Positions 19,543 through 29,000 of a stretch of 64,000 nt of DNA are shown piece after piece. The stretch spans positions 303,012 through 367,011 of the forward strand of contig JAEHCQ010000002.1 in assembly GCA_020696385.1 (NCBI GenBank), written 5' to 3'. The position numbers were made by a program, and so were the translations under genes. The stretch comes from Methanobacteriota archaeon. Lineage in GTDB: Archaea > Thermoplasmatota > Thermoplasmata > SG8-5 > JAGLSY01. Position 1 is the first letter of the stretch; every line of letters starts with the position of its first letter. The notes under the pieces are model-generated. The model saw nothing but the letters and a program-made list of their open reading frames with translations, was not told the DNA's origin and made no database searches.

Positions 19543-20268
19543 ATGATGATCATTCCAGCAATAACCGTATTGGAAGGTAGATTGGTCGAGGTCAAGGATG
19601 ATTCGTATTACCTGCTCAGAGATGAAAATAATGATATCATCCCACCACAGGATCTTATACTGGCTCTGAAAAAGGAATATGGGATCGTTTATGTCATGGA
19701 CATAGACGGCATGGAGAAGAATGAGCCCAATCTGAAGGTTATTCAGAGCACTTCACCTTTGATGCCCATGTGGCTGGATGCTGGTCCCGGGGATGGGATG
19801 GTGATAATGGATATAATGATCGCAGGCGTCAGCAAAACGATAATAGGAACAAGGAACATGAGAGATATGGACCTGATAAAAGAGGCACTGGATATGTCCG
19901 ATAATGTTATTCTTTCAATCGATTATGATGAAAAACTATTATCGCCAAGCCAGAACATCTCCGATCTGGGTATGGATCAATTATACAGCGAGGCAGTGGA
20001 GCTTGGCATCAAGTCAGGTATATTCTTTGATTTTGGAAGGCTGAAAACCTCCTCATCTTTGGCTATGGACAATATAAAATCAATGTTACTGAGATTCGAA
20101 GAGGTCTATGTTGCTGGTATCATCTCTCCCTCAGATATAGATGATCTTGAAGAACTGGGAGTTGCTGGGATAATAGCGGATTTCAAATCTCTGAGAGATT
20201 GGGGGATTACAGGGGAGCCAGCTGATGAATCTGAAGAACTGGATGATGAAGATGAGTGGGATGATTAA
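19543..20268 (+). CDS. HisA/HisF-related TIM-barrel protein
   Basis: IIPAI, VMDIDG, WLDAG, IIGT, LSID, YVAG. Confidence 0.7.
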   Translation: MMIIPAITVLEGRLVEVKDDSYYLLRDENNDIIPPQDLILALKKEYGIVYVMDIDGMEKNEPNLKVIQSTSPLMPMWLDAGPGDGMVIMDIMIAGVSKTIIGTRNMRDMDLIKEALDMSDNVILSIDYDEKLLSPSQNISDLGMDQLYSEAVELGIKSGIFFDFGRLKTSSSLAMDNIKSMLLRFEEVYVAGIISPSDIDDLEELGVAGIIADFKSLRDWGITGEPADESEELDDEDEWDD

Positions 20269-20742
20269 ATGAACGATATCGAGCTTTCCATCGCGCTTCT
20301 TTATAAGAAGAAAGGGACTTCCAAATTAAGCGAAAAGGACTTTGTTTTCGCTGCTTCCATGGACTATCGCTGGCTCACTCCAAAAGGCGCTCAAAAACTT
20401 TTGGATATCGGGCTAGAATCCGACCTACTGGAATCCGATGATGGGATGATATCACCCACCTTTGATCATAAATCCAGGAAGATCCCGGATGACTTCAAAC
20501 CCACCCTGGATATGATAAAGGCCAAAGCAGTTCCGAAAGGAATCCTTTTCCAGATCGTGGACAAGATATCGAAAGAAAAGGATAAGTCCAGGCAGGATGT
20601 GATATCTCTGATCAATAATAAACAGGAAGATATGGGCGTGGACATCGAAGTGGCCGCTCTTATCGTGGCCAATAGCATGGAGATCGACATATCGGATCTT
20701 CTAATCGATGTCGATAAAGAGATAATAGCCAGATATTCCTGA
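20269..20742 (+). CDS. DUF2240 family protein
   Basis: LYKKKG...FVFAASMDYRWLTP...PTFD. Confidence 0.7.
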   Translation: MNDIELSIALLYKKKGTSKLSEKDFVFAASMDYRWLTPKGAQKLLDIGLESDLLESDDGMISPTFDHKSRKIPDDFKPTLDMIKAKAVPKGILFQIVDKISKEKDKSRQDVISLINNKQEDMGVDIEVAALIVANSMEIDISDLLIDVDKEIIARYS

Positions 20743-20751
20743 GTTTCGCGC

Positions 20752-21513
20752 TTACCCGATATATCTGAGGTCTTCTTTGCTGGGTTCTGGCATCTCATCC
20801 ATTTCTTTCAGCTTGGCCGTTACCGCTTCCATTTCATCTGATTTTTTGACAAGTCCATCTACATTGATATCGCGATCTAAGATCTTGGCCAGTATCTTGA
20901 CTATGAACATCGCGCTGTTTGGATCGACAAAGAATCCTGATGTTTCACCCATCAGGCAAACTCCCTCCACTCCTTTCAATGCACCAAGACCCAGTAATAG
21001 TCCAGAAGCTCCGACGATTCCATTTCCTGGCTCGTCCTTGGAGAACACTACTCCGTGTTTCTTCATCTCCTCCACCATATCTGTACTGGTGGCGGCTCCG
21101 AGTATCCGGGGTTCCTTAACAACACGGCCAATACCCCATCCACCAAGTGTGATCACACGTTTGCCACCAAATCCCACCAGCATGTCCAGCATGACACTGG
21201 ATAGTTCATACTGTCCTTCTGGTGTGAGTCCTTGATAATCCCCAACAAGGAATATCATATCATTTTTTGAATCGCCTTCAGCCTTTGAATAGTATAGTTT
21301 ATTTGATACCAATCTCGCAACACCCTCATCGTCAATGAGCACCTGCGGGGGAAAGAATTTGGAATAGATAGAGGCAAATTCAACTGCCTCAAGTGTTTCG
21401 ATGATATGTTCTGCTGCCAGCTTCCCAACATTGCCAACACCGGGCAATCCCTCTACCAATATGGGTTCTTTCAAATCTGGCTTTTCCTTATACTCTATTA
21501 TTATGTTCTCCAT
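20752..21513 (-). CDS. Proteasome assembly chaperone family (PAC2/PbaA)
   Basis: EGLPGVGNVGKLAA, ITLGG, GIVGASGLLLG, CLMGETSG..VDP. Confidence 0.9.
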   Translation of the reverse strand: MENIIIEYKEKPDLKEPILVEGLPGVGNVGKLAAEHIIETLEAVEFASIYSKFFPPQVLIDDEGVARLVSNKLYYSKAEGDSKNDMIFLVGDYQGLTPEGQYELSSVMLDMLVGFGGKRVITLGGWGIGRVVKEPRILGAATSTDMVEEMKKHGVVFSKDEPGNGIVGASGLLLGLGALKGVEGVCLMGETSGFFVDPNSAMFIVKILAKILDRDINVDGLVKKSDEMEAVTAKLKEMDEMPEPSKEDLRYIG

Positions 21514-21544
21514 GATATCGCCTCCTGAATCTCTAAGTGAAATA

Positions 21545-21730
21545 TCAGGACCTCTCTTCCTCTGCAGCTGCCTGGTCCATGGCCTTCAGCTGTCTTCTAT
21601 ATTTACCATATCTGTCCTCTGGTGAGAACCTTGGTGGGTGTGGCGTGGCTGTTTTATTCTTGCATTTCCCACATACTTCCTTAAGGGAATATTCAAGGCA
21701 TGTATTACATAAAAGGATATTGGCCTTCAT
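21545..21730 (-). CDS. nop10: H/ACA RNP protein Nop10
   Basis: CxxC..YSL...CxxC..PHPPRFSPEDRYGKYRR. Confidence 0.93.
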   Translation of the reverse strand: MKANILLCNTCLEYSLKEVCGKCKNKTATPHPPRFSPEDRYGKYRRQLKAMDQAAAEEERS

Positions 21731-22506
21731 TATTTTTCCCTTCTATTGAATTTGGCAGTGCCGCCAGTCTTTTCTATGGACTCGGAAGCCCTGTCAACAG
21801 CCAATTTCATCTCTTCTTCTGCTGTTTTATAATCATTAGCTTTTACAACCAATCTGTATTTTGGAGCTCCAACATACTGGACCTCTACCTTGACATCATC
21901 GGATTTCTCCGCTTCGGTCAATGCCGTCCTGATATGTTCGATACCATCCGGGGCATTGGATGTCAATTCCAGAAATCCATCAATGGATATTGTCGCAGGA
22001 GTGACATTGTCTATGGCGATCTCCTTGAAACCTTCTACCCATTTTCCCTTGAACAATTTCTTGTCCAGCTTATCATTGGAGGCTGCTTCCTCGAAAGCAA
22101 TGTACAGAGATCCATAATATTCTATAAGGTCATTGGCGAATGTCTCGTGGCACCATTCCACGTTCTCTCCGATCTTTTCACCCAGGATCTCAAGGAGCTT
22201 CTCCGCCCTCTGCTCATTTTTCCAATCCTGAATGGTCTCTCTTTTCTGGTGCTCGTTCACTTTCTTCAGTGAGATATCAATGTGACCCTTGGAGGGATTC
22301 ACTTCAAGAACTCGGCAAACGACCCTCTGCCCTTCTCGGACGAAGTCGCTCATCCTTTTCACCCAGCCAGTGGCAATCTCCGTAATGTGTATGAATCCTT
22401 CTTTCTGATCATACTCTTCGAGACTGACGAATGCGCCAAAATTACGCACACTCTTGACTGTACAAACTACTAGATCACCGGGTTCTGGATACTCACGGTT
22501 AGCCAT
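21730..22506 (-). CDS. eif2a: Translation initiation factor 2 alpha subunit
   Basis: YPEPGDLVVCTV S1 domain, GHIDISLK, YVGAPKY. Start set at MANREY. Confidence 0.93.
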   Translation of the reverse strand: MANREYPEPGDLVVCTVKSVRNFGAFVSLEEYDQKEGFIHITEIATGWVKRMSDFVREGQRVVCRVLEVNPSKGHIDISLKKVNEHQKRETIQDWKNEQRAEKLLEILGEKIGENVEWCHETFANDLIEYYGSLYIAFEEAASNDKLDKKLFKGKWVEGFKEIAIDNVTPATISIDGFLELTSNAPDGIEHIRTALTEAEKSDDVKVEVQYVGAPKYRLVVKANDYKTAEEEMKLAVDRASESIEKTGGTAKFNRREK

Positions 22507-22697
22507 TATTCTACAACTCCGACAACTTCCCCTTTGATATCTGCTTTTCCACCAGTGGGGGTTGCTAGGGTTGAGCCACATGCCAAACAATTGACCTTTG
22601 TGGCTGGTTTAAGAAAAATAATTTGCTTATTGCTGCAGTCTTTGCATTCTACTTCTATGAACCGCGCATTTTCTGGAATTTTTTCAGACAAGATCAT
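22506..22697 (-). CDS. rps27e: 30S ribosomal protein S27e
   Basis: FIEVECKDCSNKQIIF...CLACGSTLATPTGGKA. Confidence 0.93.
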   Translation of the reverse strand: MILSEKIPENARFIEVECKDCSNKQIIFLKPATKVNCLACGSTLATPTGGKADIKGEVVGVVE

Positions 22698-22975
22698 TCC
22701 TCCACGAATTCGAATTTCTTCGCCCTGATGGATGGTGGTTGCACATATTTCTTGCAAGTGACACATTTGTATCTCAACCATACACGCCTTGTTGGTTTTT
22801 CTCTACCATCTGGCTTAGGTCTTGGGAAACCTCCGTAACCAGCAGTAACGCGTCTGAACTGTCTCTGACCGCGCTTCAGCTCTCCCGGTGGTCGCTTCTT
22901 GACTTTCTCCACATCGTGGACTGTATGTTTCTTGCACTTGGGGCAATATGTGTTAATCTTTCTTGGTCTCTTCAT
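22694..22975 (-). CDS. rpl44e: 50S ribosomal protein L44e
   Basis: TYCPKCKKHTVH, GYGGFPRP, KPT...CVTC. Confidence 0.95.
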   Translation of the reverse strand: MKRPRKINTYCPKCKKHTVHDVEKVKKRPPGELKRGQRQFRRVTAGYGGFPRPKPDGREKPTRRVWLRYKCVTCKKYVQPPSIRAKKFEFVEE

Positions 22976-23163
22976 AGCCATCAACTTGCTCTATATTTAA
23001 ACAGGTGTTTATACAGGGTTGGAAGGGGGACTAAATATGAACCTATATAATAGTGTTTCCTATAAATATGGTATAATGTGGGTATTAAAAAGGGTTTTAT
23101 ACAATATCATAATACCATAGGCTACCCAATCTGGCCTCATTGGTCAGGAAGGACAATAAACGC

Positions 23164-23284
23164 AATCCGGACTTAGCTTAGACTGGCTGAATGATTTTTC
23201 CCTGTGGGAAAACTCATTCTCGCACAATTCCTACGGAATCATGCGAGGAGCGGCTGACCGAACAAAGGATTGCTCATTCGCCAT
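23164..23284. repeat. Interrupted copy of the tRNA-Tyr 5' half with a two-hairpin insert
   Basis: 23164-23188 is identical to 23285-23309; after a 59-nt insert, GAGCGGCTGAC (23248-23258) resumes the tRNA sequence. Confidence 0.85.
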
Positions 23285-23287
23285 AAT

Positions 23288-23406
23288 CCGGACTTAGCTT
23301 AGACTGGCTAGAGCGGCTGACTGTAGTTAAGTACCCCAGATCCTAATCTTTGGATCTGGTATCAGCCGATATCAGCAGATCCCCGGTTCAAATCCGGGAG
23401 TCCGGA
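23288..23406 (+). tRNA. tRNA-Tyr(GTA) with an intron at canonical position 37/38 (about 23327-23370)
   Basis: C1:G72 acceptor CCGGACT/AGTCCGG, GCTGA-CTGTAG-[intron]-A-TCAGC, T arm CCCGG-TTCAAAT-CCGGG. Confidence 0.92.
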
Positions 23407-23590
23407 CTCTCTTTATTTTCTTATTATACGGACTCCCGATGAGCAAGTCATCACGCCAGTGTTGACTTGGCTCCGGAGTCCGGACTCCATATATCCCAGT
23501 GATGTAACACCTGCTCATTCTTCGCCATGCTCCTGCCTTATAGGTCTCATGCCCCCAACCATTTTATCTTGTCTTTCCATTCCACTTTCA

Positions 23591-24436
23591 ATGGCAGAAT
23601 ATCCCATCCTTGACAATCACATGCATCTACAGCAGGATGGGCTTTGTGAAAAGGCTGCCATGGATTTTGAAAAGACTGGGGGAACCCACATCATTCTTTC
23701 CCACATGCCATATCACACGGTCAATATCACCAAAGGTAAGGATTTTCAGAAGGAATATGACATCACCCTGAATACTGCCAACAGGGTGAGGGAGATGACC
23801 AATGTCAAGGTGTTCGCCACGCTCGGTCCTTACCCCGTGCGCCTCATAAGATTAGAGGAAAAGCATGGTCTTGAAGCTGCCGTGGACATCATGAAGAAGG
23901 GCATGGAGCTGGCTGCCAGGGCGGTTGAGGAAAAGCAAGCAGTCGCTATAGGGGAGATCGGGCGTCCGCATTTTCCTGTACCTGCTGAGATCTGGGAAGC
24001 ATCGAATGAGATAATGCTGTATGGGATGGAGCTGGCCAAGGATGTCGATTGTCCGATCGTGCTGCATACGGAGAGTGCGGGTATCGAGGTCTGGGAGGAG
24101 CTGGCCTTGATGGCGGATAAAGCTGGAATTCGCCGCGAGATGGTGATCAAGCATTATTCACCACCCATTGTCAAGGAGGAGGAGAACCATGGGCTATTCC
24201 CGTCAGTACTGGCAAGTCGCAAGTCCATCAAAGAAGCACTATCACACAATACCAGGTTCATGATGGAGACTGATTATATAGATGATCTTCGAAGACCAGG
24301 GGCCGTGATGGCTCCTACGACAGTGCCCAAGAGGACGAAGGCACTGATAGCGAATGGCGATATGAGCATCGACGATGCTCTAGCTATTCATCGATACTGG
24401 CCAGAGAAATTGTATGGTATTGAGATCGAATTTTGA
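23591..24436 (-). other. No separate minus-strand feature; short antisense ORFs overlap the TatD gene listed next
   Basis: Minus-strand ORFs 23830-24150 and 23852-24154 lie entirely within the + strand TatD gene and show no motifs. Confidence 0.1.
23591..24436 (+). CDS. TatD-family amidohydrolase/nuclease
   Basis: DNHMH, GEIGRPHF, VLHTE, KHYS, FMMETDYIDD. Start set at MAEYP. Confidence 0.85.
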   Translation: MAEYPILDNHMHLQQDGLCEKAAMDFEKTGGTHIILSHMPYHTVNITKGKDFQKEYDITLNTANRVREMTNVKVFATLGPYPVRLIRLEEKHGLEAAVDIMKKGMELAARAVEEKQAVAIGEIGRPHFPVPAEIWEASNEIMLYGMELAKDVDCPIVLHTESAGIEVWEELALMADKAGIRREMVIKHYSPPIVKEEENHGLFPSVLASRKSIKEALSHNTRFMMETDYIDDLRRPGAVMAPTTVPKRTKALIANGDMSIDDALAIHRYWPEKLYGIEIEF

Positions 24437-24501
24437 TAGAGAATAATACTTTCATCCCCCTCCTGTGGCATCATTTATATGTGCGGATCATAATGGAGTA
24501 A

Positions 24502-24960
24502 ATGGTGGTAAGAATGGATGATATCAAGATAATAGAAATGGAAGAGATGCGTGTGGCTAGTTTTCATGTAATGGGAGAGTCTCCCGAGATAAAGGTAATA
24601 AAAAAGATGCAGGAATGGGCCAGGCCAAAGAATCTGATAAGTGATGGGAAATACCCTGTTTTTGGCTTTGACAATCCTCATCCAGAGCCAGGGATGAAAG
24701 AATACGGTTACGAGTTATGGCTTGTTCTGGACGAAGGAGTTGAAGCAGAAAACGTGGAGGTCAAGCAGATCCCAGCCACGAGATACGCCATGTTACATTC
24801 AGAAGGCTTTGATAATATAGGATCCAACTGGCGCAAGCTTGTCGCCTGGGTGAAGAACAGTGAATATGAACCTGCTTGCGGCCAGTGTCTGGAAGGGCAT
24901 ATTCTTGGATCATCGGAAATTGGTGATTTCGCACTGAACTTGTATATGCCGATTGAATGA
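24502..24960 (+). CDS. GyrI-like small-molecule-binding (effector-binding) domain protein
   Basis: MRVAS...SPE, FGFDNP, YGYELW, IPATRYA, CLE...LYMPI. Confidence 0.75.
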   Translation: MVVRMDDIKIIEMEEMRVASFHVMGESPEIKVIKKMQEWARPKNLISDGKYPVFGFDNPHPEPGMKEYGYELWLVLDEGVEAENVEVKQIPATRYAMLHSEGFDNIGSNWRKLVAWVKNSEYEPACGQCLEGHILGSSEIGDFALNLYMPIE

Positions 24961-24991
24961 AATTATGATTTAAAAATCTTAAATAAGGGGT

Positions 24992-25327
24992 ATCTGGACG
25001 GCGGCAAAACCGTCCAGACTGAGGAGAGGAGGTAATCCTTAATAAACTCTCCAAACAAAGGGTTTGGGGACGGTTTGAAACCGTCCCCAAGGTTGAGGAG
25101 AGGGCTGATATTGAGACCCCCTTTGGGCAAAGGGGATCTGGGACGGTATAAAACCGCCCCAAGTTGAGGAGAGGAGTAATCCTGATATTTCTGTGATCGA
25201 TGACCTCTTTTGAGGATATGGACGGTTTTTTCGCCGTCCAGATGAGGAGAGGAGGTAATCTTCAATGACTCTCCAAATAATGGATCTGGACGGCGGTAAA
25301 ACCGTCCAGATGAGGAGAGGGCTGATA
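24992..25327. repeat. Array of five hairpin repeats (GGACGG-loop-CCGTCC followed by TGAGGAGAGG)
   Basis: Units start at about 24992, 25064, 25136, 25216 and 25284 (period 68-80 bp). Confidence 0.9.
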
Positions 25328-25335
25328 GTGATTGG

Positions 25336-25478
25336 TCCAAGTTTGACATTTTGCATGTCAAACTTGGAACATATATTGAGATCAAATGCGGGCAGCTAGG
25401 CATCCCAACCAGCTGCCCACATCTGAAAGGTCTGATCTAAATTTGATATTGTCGTACATGCGACAATATCAAATTTAG
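25336..25478. repeat. Three consecutive inverted repeats (14, 8 and 18 bp perfect stems)
   Basis: 25336-25349/25355-25368; 25390-25397/25411-25418; 25437-25454/25461-25478. Confidence 0.9.
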
Positions 25479-25481
25479 CAT

Positions 25482-25763
25482 CTAAGCGTATGAGTACTCG
25501 ACCTCTTCGACATACGACAGTATGTCATATTCAGCAGTGAGGAAACTGTCCTCAACGCCCATGTGATTGCCTATCATGACATCATCGAAATAATGGATCA
25601 AACCTACCATTTCAGATATGTTCTCACCACGGTTGTAGAACTCGAATACAATGTCTCTCATATCTTGGACATTGTGTGTCCTTAACCAGTTCTCTGTTCC
25701 TTCGTCTATGTTCCTTAAGGCGCGTGCCTTGCCTTTTGTTGCGTTTTGTATATTCATATGCAT
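25482..25763 (-). CDS. Small acidic hypothetical protein
   Basis: 93-aa ORF with a purine-rich GAAGGG upstream and a TATA-like TTTATATA about 70 bp upstream; no family recognised. Confidence 0.55.
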   Translation of the reverse strand: MHMNIQNATKGKARALRNIDEGTENWLRTHNVQDMRDIVFEFYNRGENISEMVGLIHYFDDVMIGNHMGVEDSFLTAEYDILSYVEEVEYSYA

Positions 25764-26060
25764 CCCTTCTGACGTTTTCCGCCATTTTGTCCGACATTTG
25801 TCAGATCCATACCTTAATTGACACAGGGGTATATAAACCTTTTCATTTGATGGTATTTTGATAGCCAGTACTTTATTTTCACCTGTTTTTCAAGTGTTTT
25901 TATGATAAAAATCACTGTCTGACAAGGACGCAACTTTTTGTCAGACAGTATGCATAATACGTAGCACCGAAGGATATAAATTCAATTTTCTATTACCTAA
26001 TTGTATAGGGATGCACTTGTGCGATCTCTATTGAAATCTTGATAAGAAGGAGGTTCCCAC

Positions 26061-29000
26061 ATGGGCATCCTGGATTCGATGAACAAGGAGAAGAGGATAT
26101 ATCGCAAGGCAGCTAAGCTTCTGGAACAGGGGAAAGGATTTGACAAACACCATCAGTCAGCCAAAGCACTGGAGCATTACCAGAAGGCGAAACGACTACT
26201 TGATGAGAACAAGGAAGCAATATCCGAGTTAAAAAGAGAATTCTCCAACCTGTATGACAAGATCGGCTTCGCATTGATCGAGAGCAATAGAATGGAGGAT
26301 GGTGTAAAATGCATAGATCATTCTCTCAAGCTGAATCCGGGCAATCTCAATGCCATGGGGCACAAGGGGATAATCTTATTCAGGAAGGAGAATTTTGCCA
26401 AAGCACTGGAGCAGTTCGACACTGTCCTGAACATGGATCGCGATAATAAGAACATCTGGAGCCACAAGGGAAACACTCTGATCAAATTAGGTCGCGAACA
26501 GGATGCGATCGACGCTTACAACAAGGTGTTGGAACTGGATCCCAATGATCTGACACATTATGATAAACTTCTGGCCATAATGCCTAGGGATATAAATCTC
26601 CTGAACAAAAAAGGCCTCGCTCTCAATGGCCTGAGGAGATTTGATGAGGCTGTACATGCGTTTGATCAAGCACTGGAGCTTGATCAAACGCATGGTCCAA
26701 TCTGGGTAAACCGCGGACTGGCAATGTCCAATATGGACAAGCACCAGGATGCCATAAGCTCATACCAGAAAGCACTGGATATCAATGGCGAAGACGGCTT
26801 TGCCTGGGAACAGAAAGGCCATTCTCTATACAGGATAGAGGGATTTACAGAAGCGGCTGACTGTTATTCCAGAGCCTTGAAGGTATTTCCAGACAATATC
26901 AAGGTCTGGATCTGGAAAGGACTGGCTCTTCACAAGGGTGGGGAGGAGGACGCGGCATCTGACGCTTATGACATGGCGCTGACACTGGAACCGAATAATT
27001 TGGTGGCCTTGACCAATAAGAAGCAGGCATTGAAAGCCAGCGACAGGCATGAGGATATCATAGAGACAGCCAATAGGATACTCGCACTTAGCCCGAAGGA
27101 CCTGGCAACCATCAAGGACAAGGCCAAGGCACAATTTTCTCTTGGCCAGCATGACAAAGCCCTTATATCGCTGGATCTGGCTCTTGATATAAGTCCAAAA
27201 GAAATTGGCCTTCTGGAAGAGAAGAAAGATGTTCTCAAATATCTGGAAAAGCACGATCTGGTGGTAAGCACCTGCGATAAGATATTGCATCTCGATCACC
27301 GTAATATGGAAGCCATGTTCGACAAATCCTCCGCTCTATACGCGCTGGGAAAATATGAACTGGCCCTCAGGCCCATAAACACATTACTGGGAAAAGTTCC
27401 CGATCATCTACCCGGATTGAAAAGAAAGAGAGAGATACTTTCCAAGGTGGGTCAACACAAAGAAATCATAAAAGTAAGCGATGCGATACTCAAACTGGAC
27501 CCCGACGATAAGATCACGATGATGGACAGAGCCATCGCCTTCTACAATTTAGAAAAATATGAGGATTCGATAAAAGCCTTTGATGATTATATATCGAAGG
27601 ATGCCAAAAGCATGGATGCCTGGCTATTGAAAGGACGGGCTTACGCTTTCCTTCATGACCATGCGAAAGCAGTGGATTCCTTCGACAAGGCATTGGAGAT
27701 ATCTGGAGGTCTGAAAGAGATCCATGAGGCAAAGGGACGTTCTTTGATCAGACTGGAAAGAACAGACGATGCCATCGTGGAGTTCGATAAAGGACTTGCA
27801 TTGGATCCAGAGGACCCAGACCTTTGGTATAGCAAAGGCCTGGCTCTCGAATCACAAGATGATTATGAGGAAGCGGTCGGCTGCTATGACAAAGCACTCA
27901 AATCACGCCCGACTGATAAAAATATCTGGTACAGCAAAGGTCTGGCTCTCATGTGGCTGAGTCATTTTGAGGATGCCATCGGATCACTGGACAAGGCAAT
28001 TGAAATAAACCCGGTTGAAAGATTCCCATACATAAAAAAGGCCGAAGCCCTGCTCAAGCTGGATCGCACGGATGAAGCGATCAGCTCGCTGGACAAGGTA
28101 CTGGAAATGAACCACATGGACCTGGACACCCACATCAGGAAAAAAGAAGCCCTGAAGATACTGGGTGACGACGAGCGAATAGTCGAATCATGTGGCAGGA
28201 TAATCAAATTGGATGCCAAGAATGTCATGGCGATGCTGGATAAAGCACTCGCGGAATACAGGCTGGGCATGTACGAGAGCTCCTTGAGAAGTCTGGATCG
28301 GGCGCAGAGACTGGAGCCAGATAATATCGAGCTCATGGCGGCACGAAAGGACTCGCTTTTGAAAATGGAGGATTACAATGCGGTTGTTTCGGTATCTGAA
28401 CAGATATTGGAACAAGACCCAACACTTAACAAGGTCTGGCACGAGATGGGGACCGCCCTTCTGAAATTGGGCAGACCCACAGAGGCCCTGGACAAGTATG
28501 ACAGGGCGCTAAAGATCGATCCAAATATTCCCGATATATGGTCCAGTAAGGGCGATGTGTTGTACCAATTACGGAAATATAGAGAATCATTGGAGGCCTA
28601 TGACAAGGCATTGGAGATACAACCCTCCAATGGACCCCTGCTCAATAAAAAAGGCAAAGCCCTTCTGAAATTAGAGAGATTTGATGAATCGATAAGAATA
28701 TTCAATGATGCTTTGCTGGCACAGCCAGGCAGTATCGAGTTCCTGAATAACAGGGCGAAGGCCTTTATGAAAGCAGAGAGGTTTGACGAGGCCCTGGAAT
28801 CGCTCACGCAGGCTCTAAAAGCGGATCCTACCAGTCAATTAACATGGAGAACAAGAGGACGCGTGTATCTTGAAATGAAGAGATTTGACGAGGCTTTAAG
28901 CGATATCAACAAAGCCCTGGAAATCGGTGGAGAGGAAAGATACGCGATAGCCGCGAAGGCCAGCATATACGAGATGAAAGAACAGCTGGAGGATGCCAAA

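Noticed and set aside
23164-23258. Functional second tRNA-Tyr, split tRNA half, or hammerhead ribozyme
   Set aside because: The copy stops before the anticodon, there is no matching 3' half with a complementary leader, an intact gene is adjacent, and neither strand has a CUGANGA/GAAA hammerhead core.
23459-23590. N-terminal extension of TatD
   Set aside because: It runs through the tRNA-flanking hairpin module; family similarity begins at MAEYPILDNH.
24992-25327. CRISPR array
   Set aside because: Repeats are too divergent from each other, spacers are homologous to one another (1 resembles 4; 2 shares its start with the tail of 5), and no cas genes are in the window.
24761-25403. Three overlapping minus-strand ORFs across the hairpin array
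   Set aside because: Their repetitive peptides simply mirror the DNA repeats, with no protein-like motifs.
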